Below are positions 63,631 to 64,000 of a DNA stretch of 64,000 bases, in pieces. Position 1 is the stretch's first letter; every line of letters begins with the position of its first letter. The stretch comes from Hemiscyllium ocellatum (taxonomy: Eukaryota), in the NCBI RefSeq assembly GCF_020745735.1, contig NC_083417.1, positions 14,074,001 to 14,138,000 on the forward strand, read 5' to 3'. Both the position numbers and the translations under genes were made by a program. A model generated the notes under the pieces. The model saw nothing but the letters and a program-made list of their open reading frames with translations, was not told the origin of the DNA and did not search any database.

Positions 63631-63876
63631 GCAATAAATACTCACACACTCTCCAATCTGTTCCACCATTCAGTTAGACTATGGTTGGTCTAGCTTGAGA
63701 ATCGATTTACTACACTTCCCCCCGCCCCCCGCCCCCCCGAGCCCCAGGTTTGTCTGTATCCAGTAAAATGCTTAACCAATAACAAGCCAACCGTTTCAGT
63801 CCTGAAAAATACATTTTACGGCAGCCTCCACAATCTTCCATAAAGATGCAATTTCTAACACAATCAGTGTGAAAAT

Positions 63877-64000
63877 GTTAAAAATCACTCAACACCAGGT
63901 TATAGTCCAACAGGTTTAATTAGAAGCTCACTAGCTTTTGGAGTGACGCTCCTTCATCAGGTGATTTTGGAGCGTCGCTCTGAAAGCTAGTGTGCTTCCA
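63877..64000. mobile_element. Family B inverted-repeat insert running off the window; hammerhead 63928-63964 (-), G12>A
   Basis: Minus: tcac CTGATGA a ggagcgtcactcc AAAA GC TA gtga; inverted half at 63969-64000. Confidence 0.85.

Overview
Repeat-rich, non-coding vertebrate DNA, most likely intronic or intergenic sequence from a shark. This is inferred from the HE1/V-domain SINEs, HER1-like CR1 LINEs and Deu-domain SINEs. No intact host gene was recognised. The long ORFs with recognisable motifs are broken retroelement pieces: CR1 APE/RT, and Penelope-like element (PLE) RT and GIY-YIG. The main signal is a dispersed set of about 20 minimal type I hammerhead ribozyme motifs (CUGANGA, an extra nucleotide, stem II, GAAA, loopless palindromic stem III, UH). 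They belong to four PLE-derived families with different but base-paired stems. Most sit in 100-500 bp non-autonomous inserts with 9-18 bp target-site duplications (TSDs), often as back-to-back inverted pairs. One copy (2333-2370, minus) has a perfect core. Most others are broken at two CpG steps in the core, and one is split by a SINE. Hammerheads in PLEs are a known class; the family diversity and short mobile forms here are what merit checking. All coordinates were read by eye, and old repeat boundaries are approximate.
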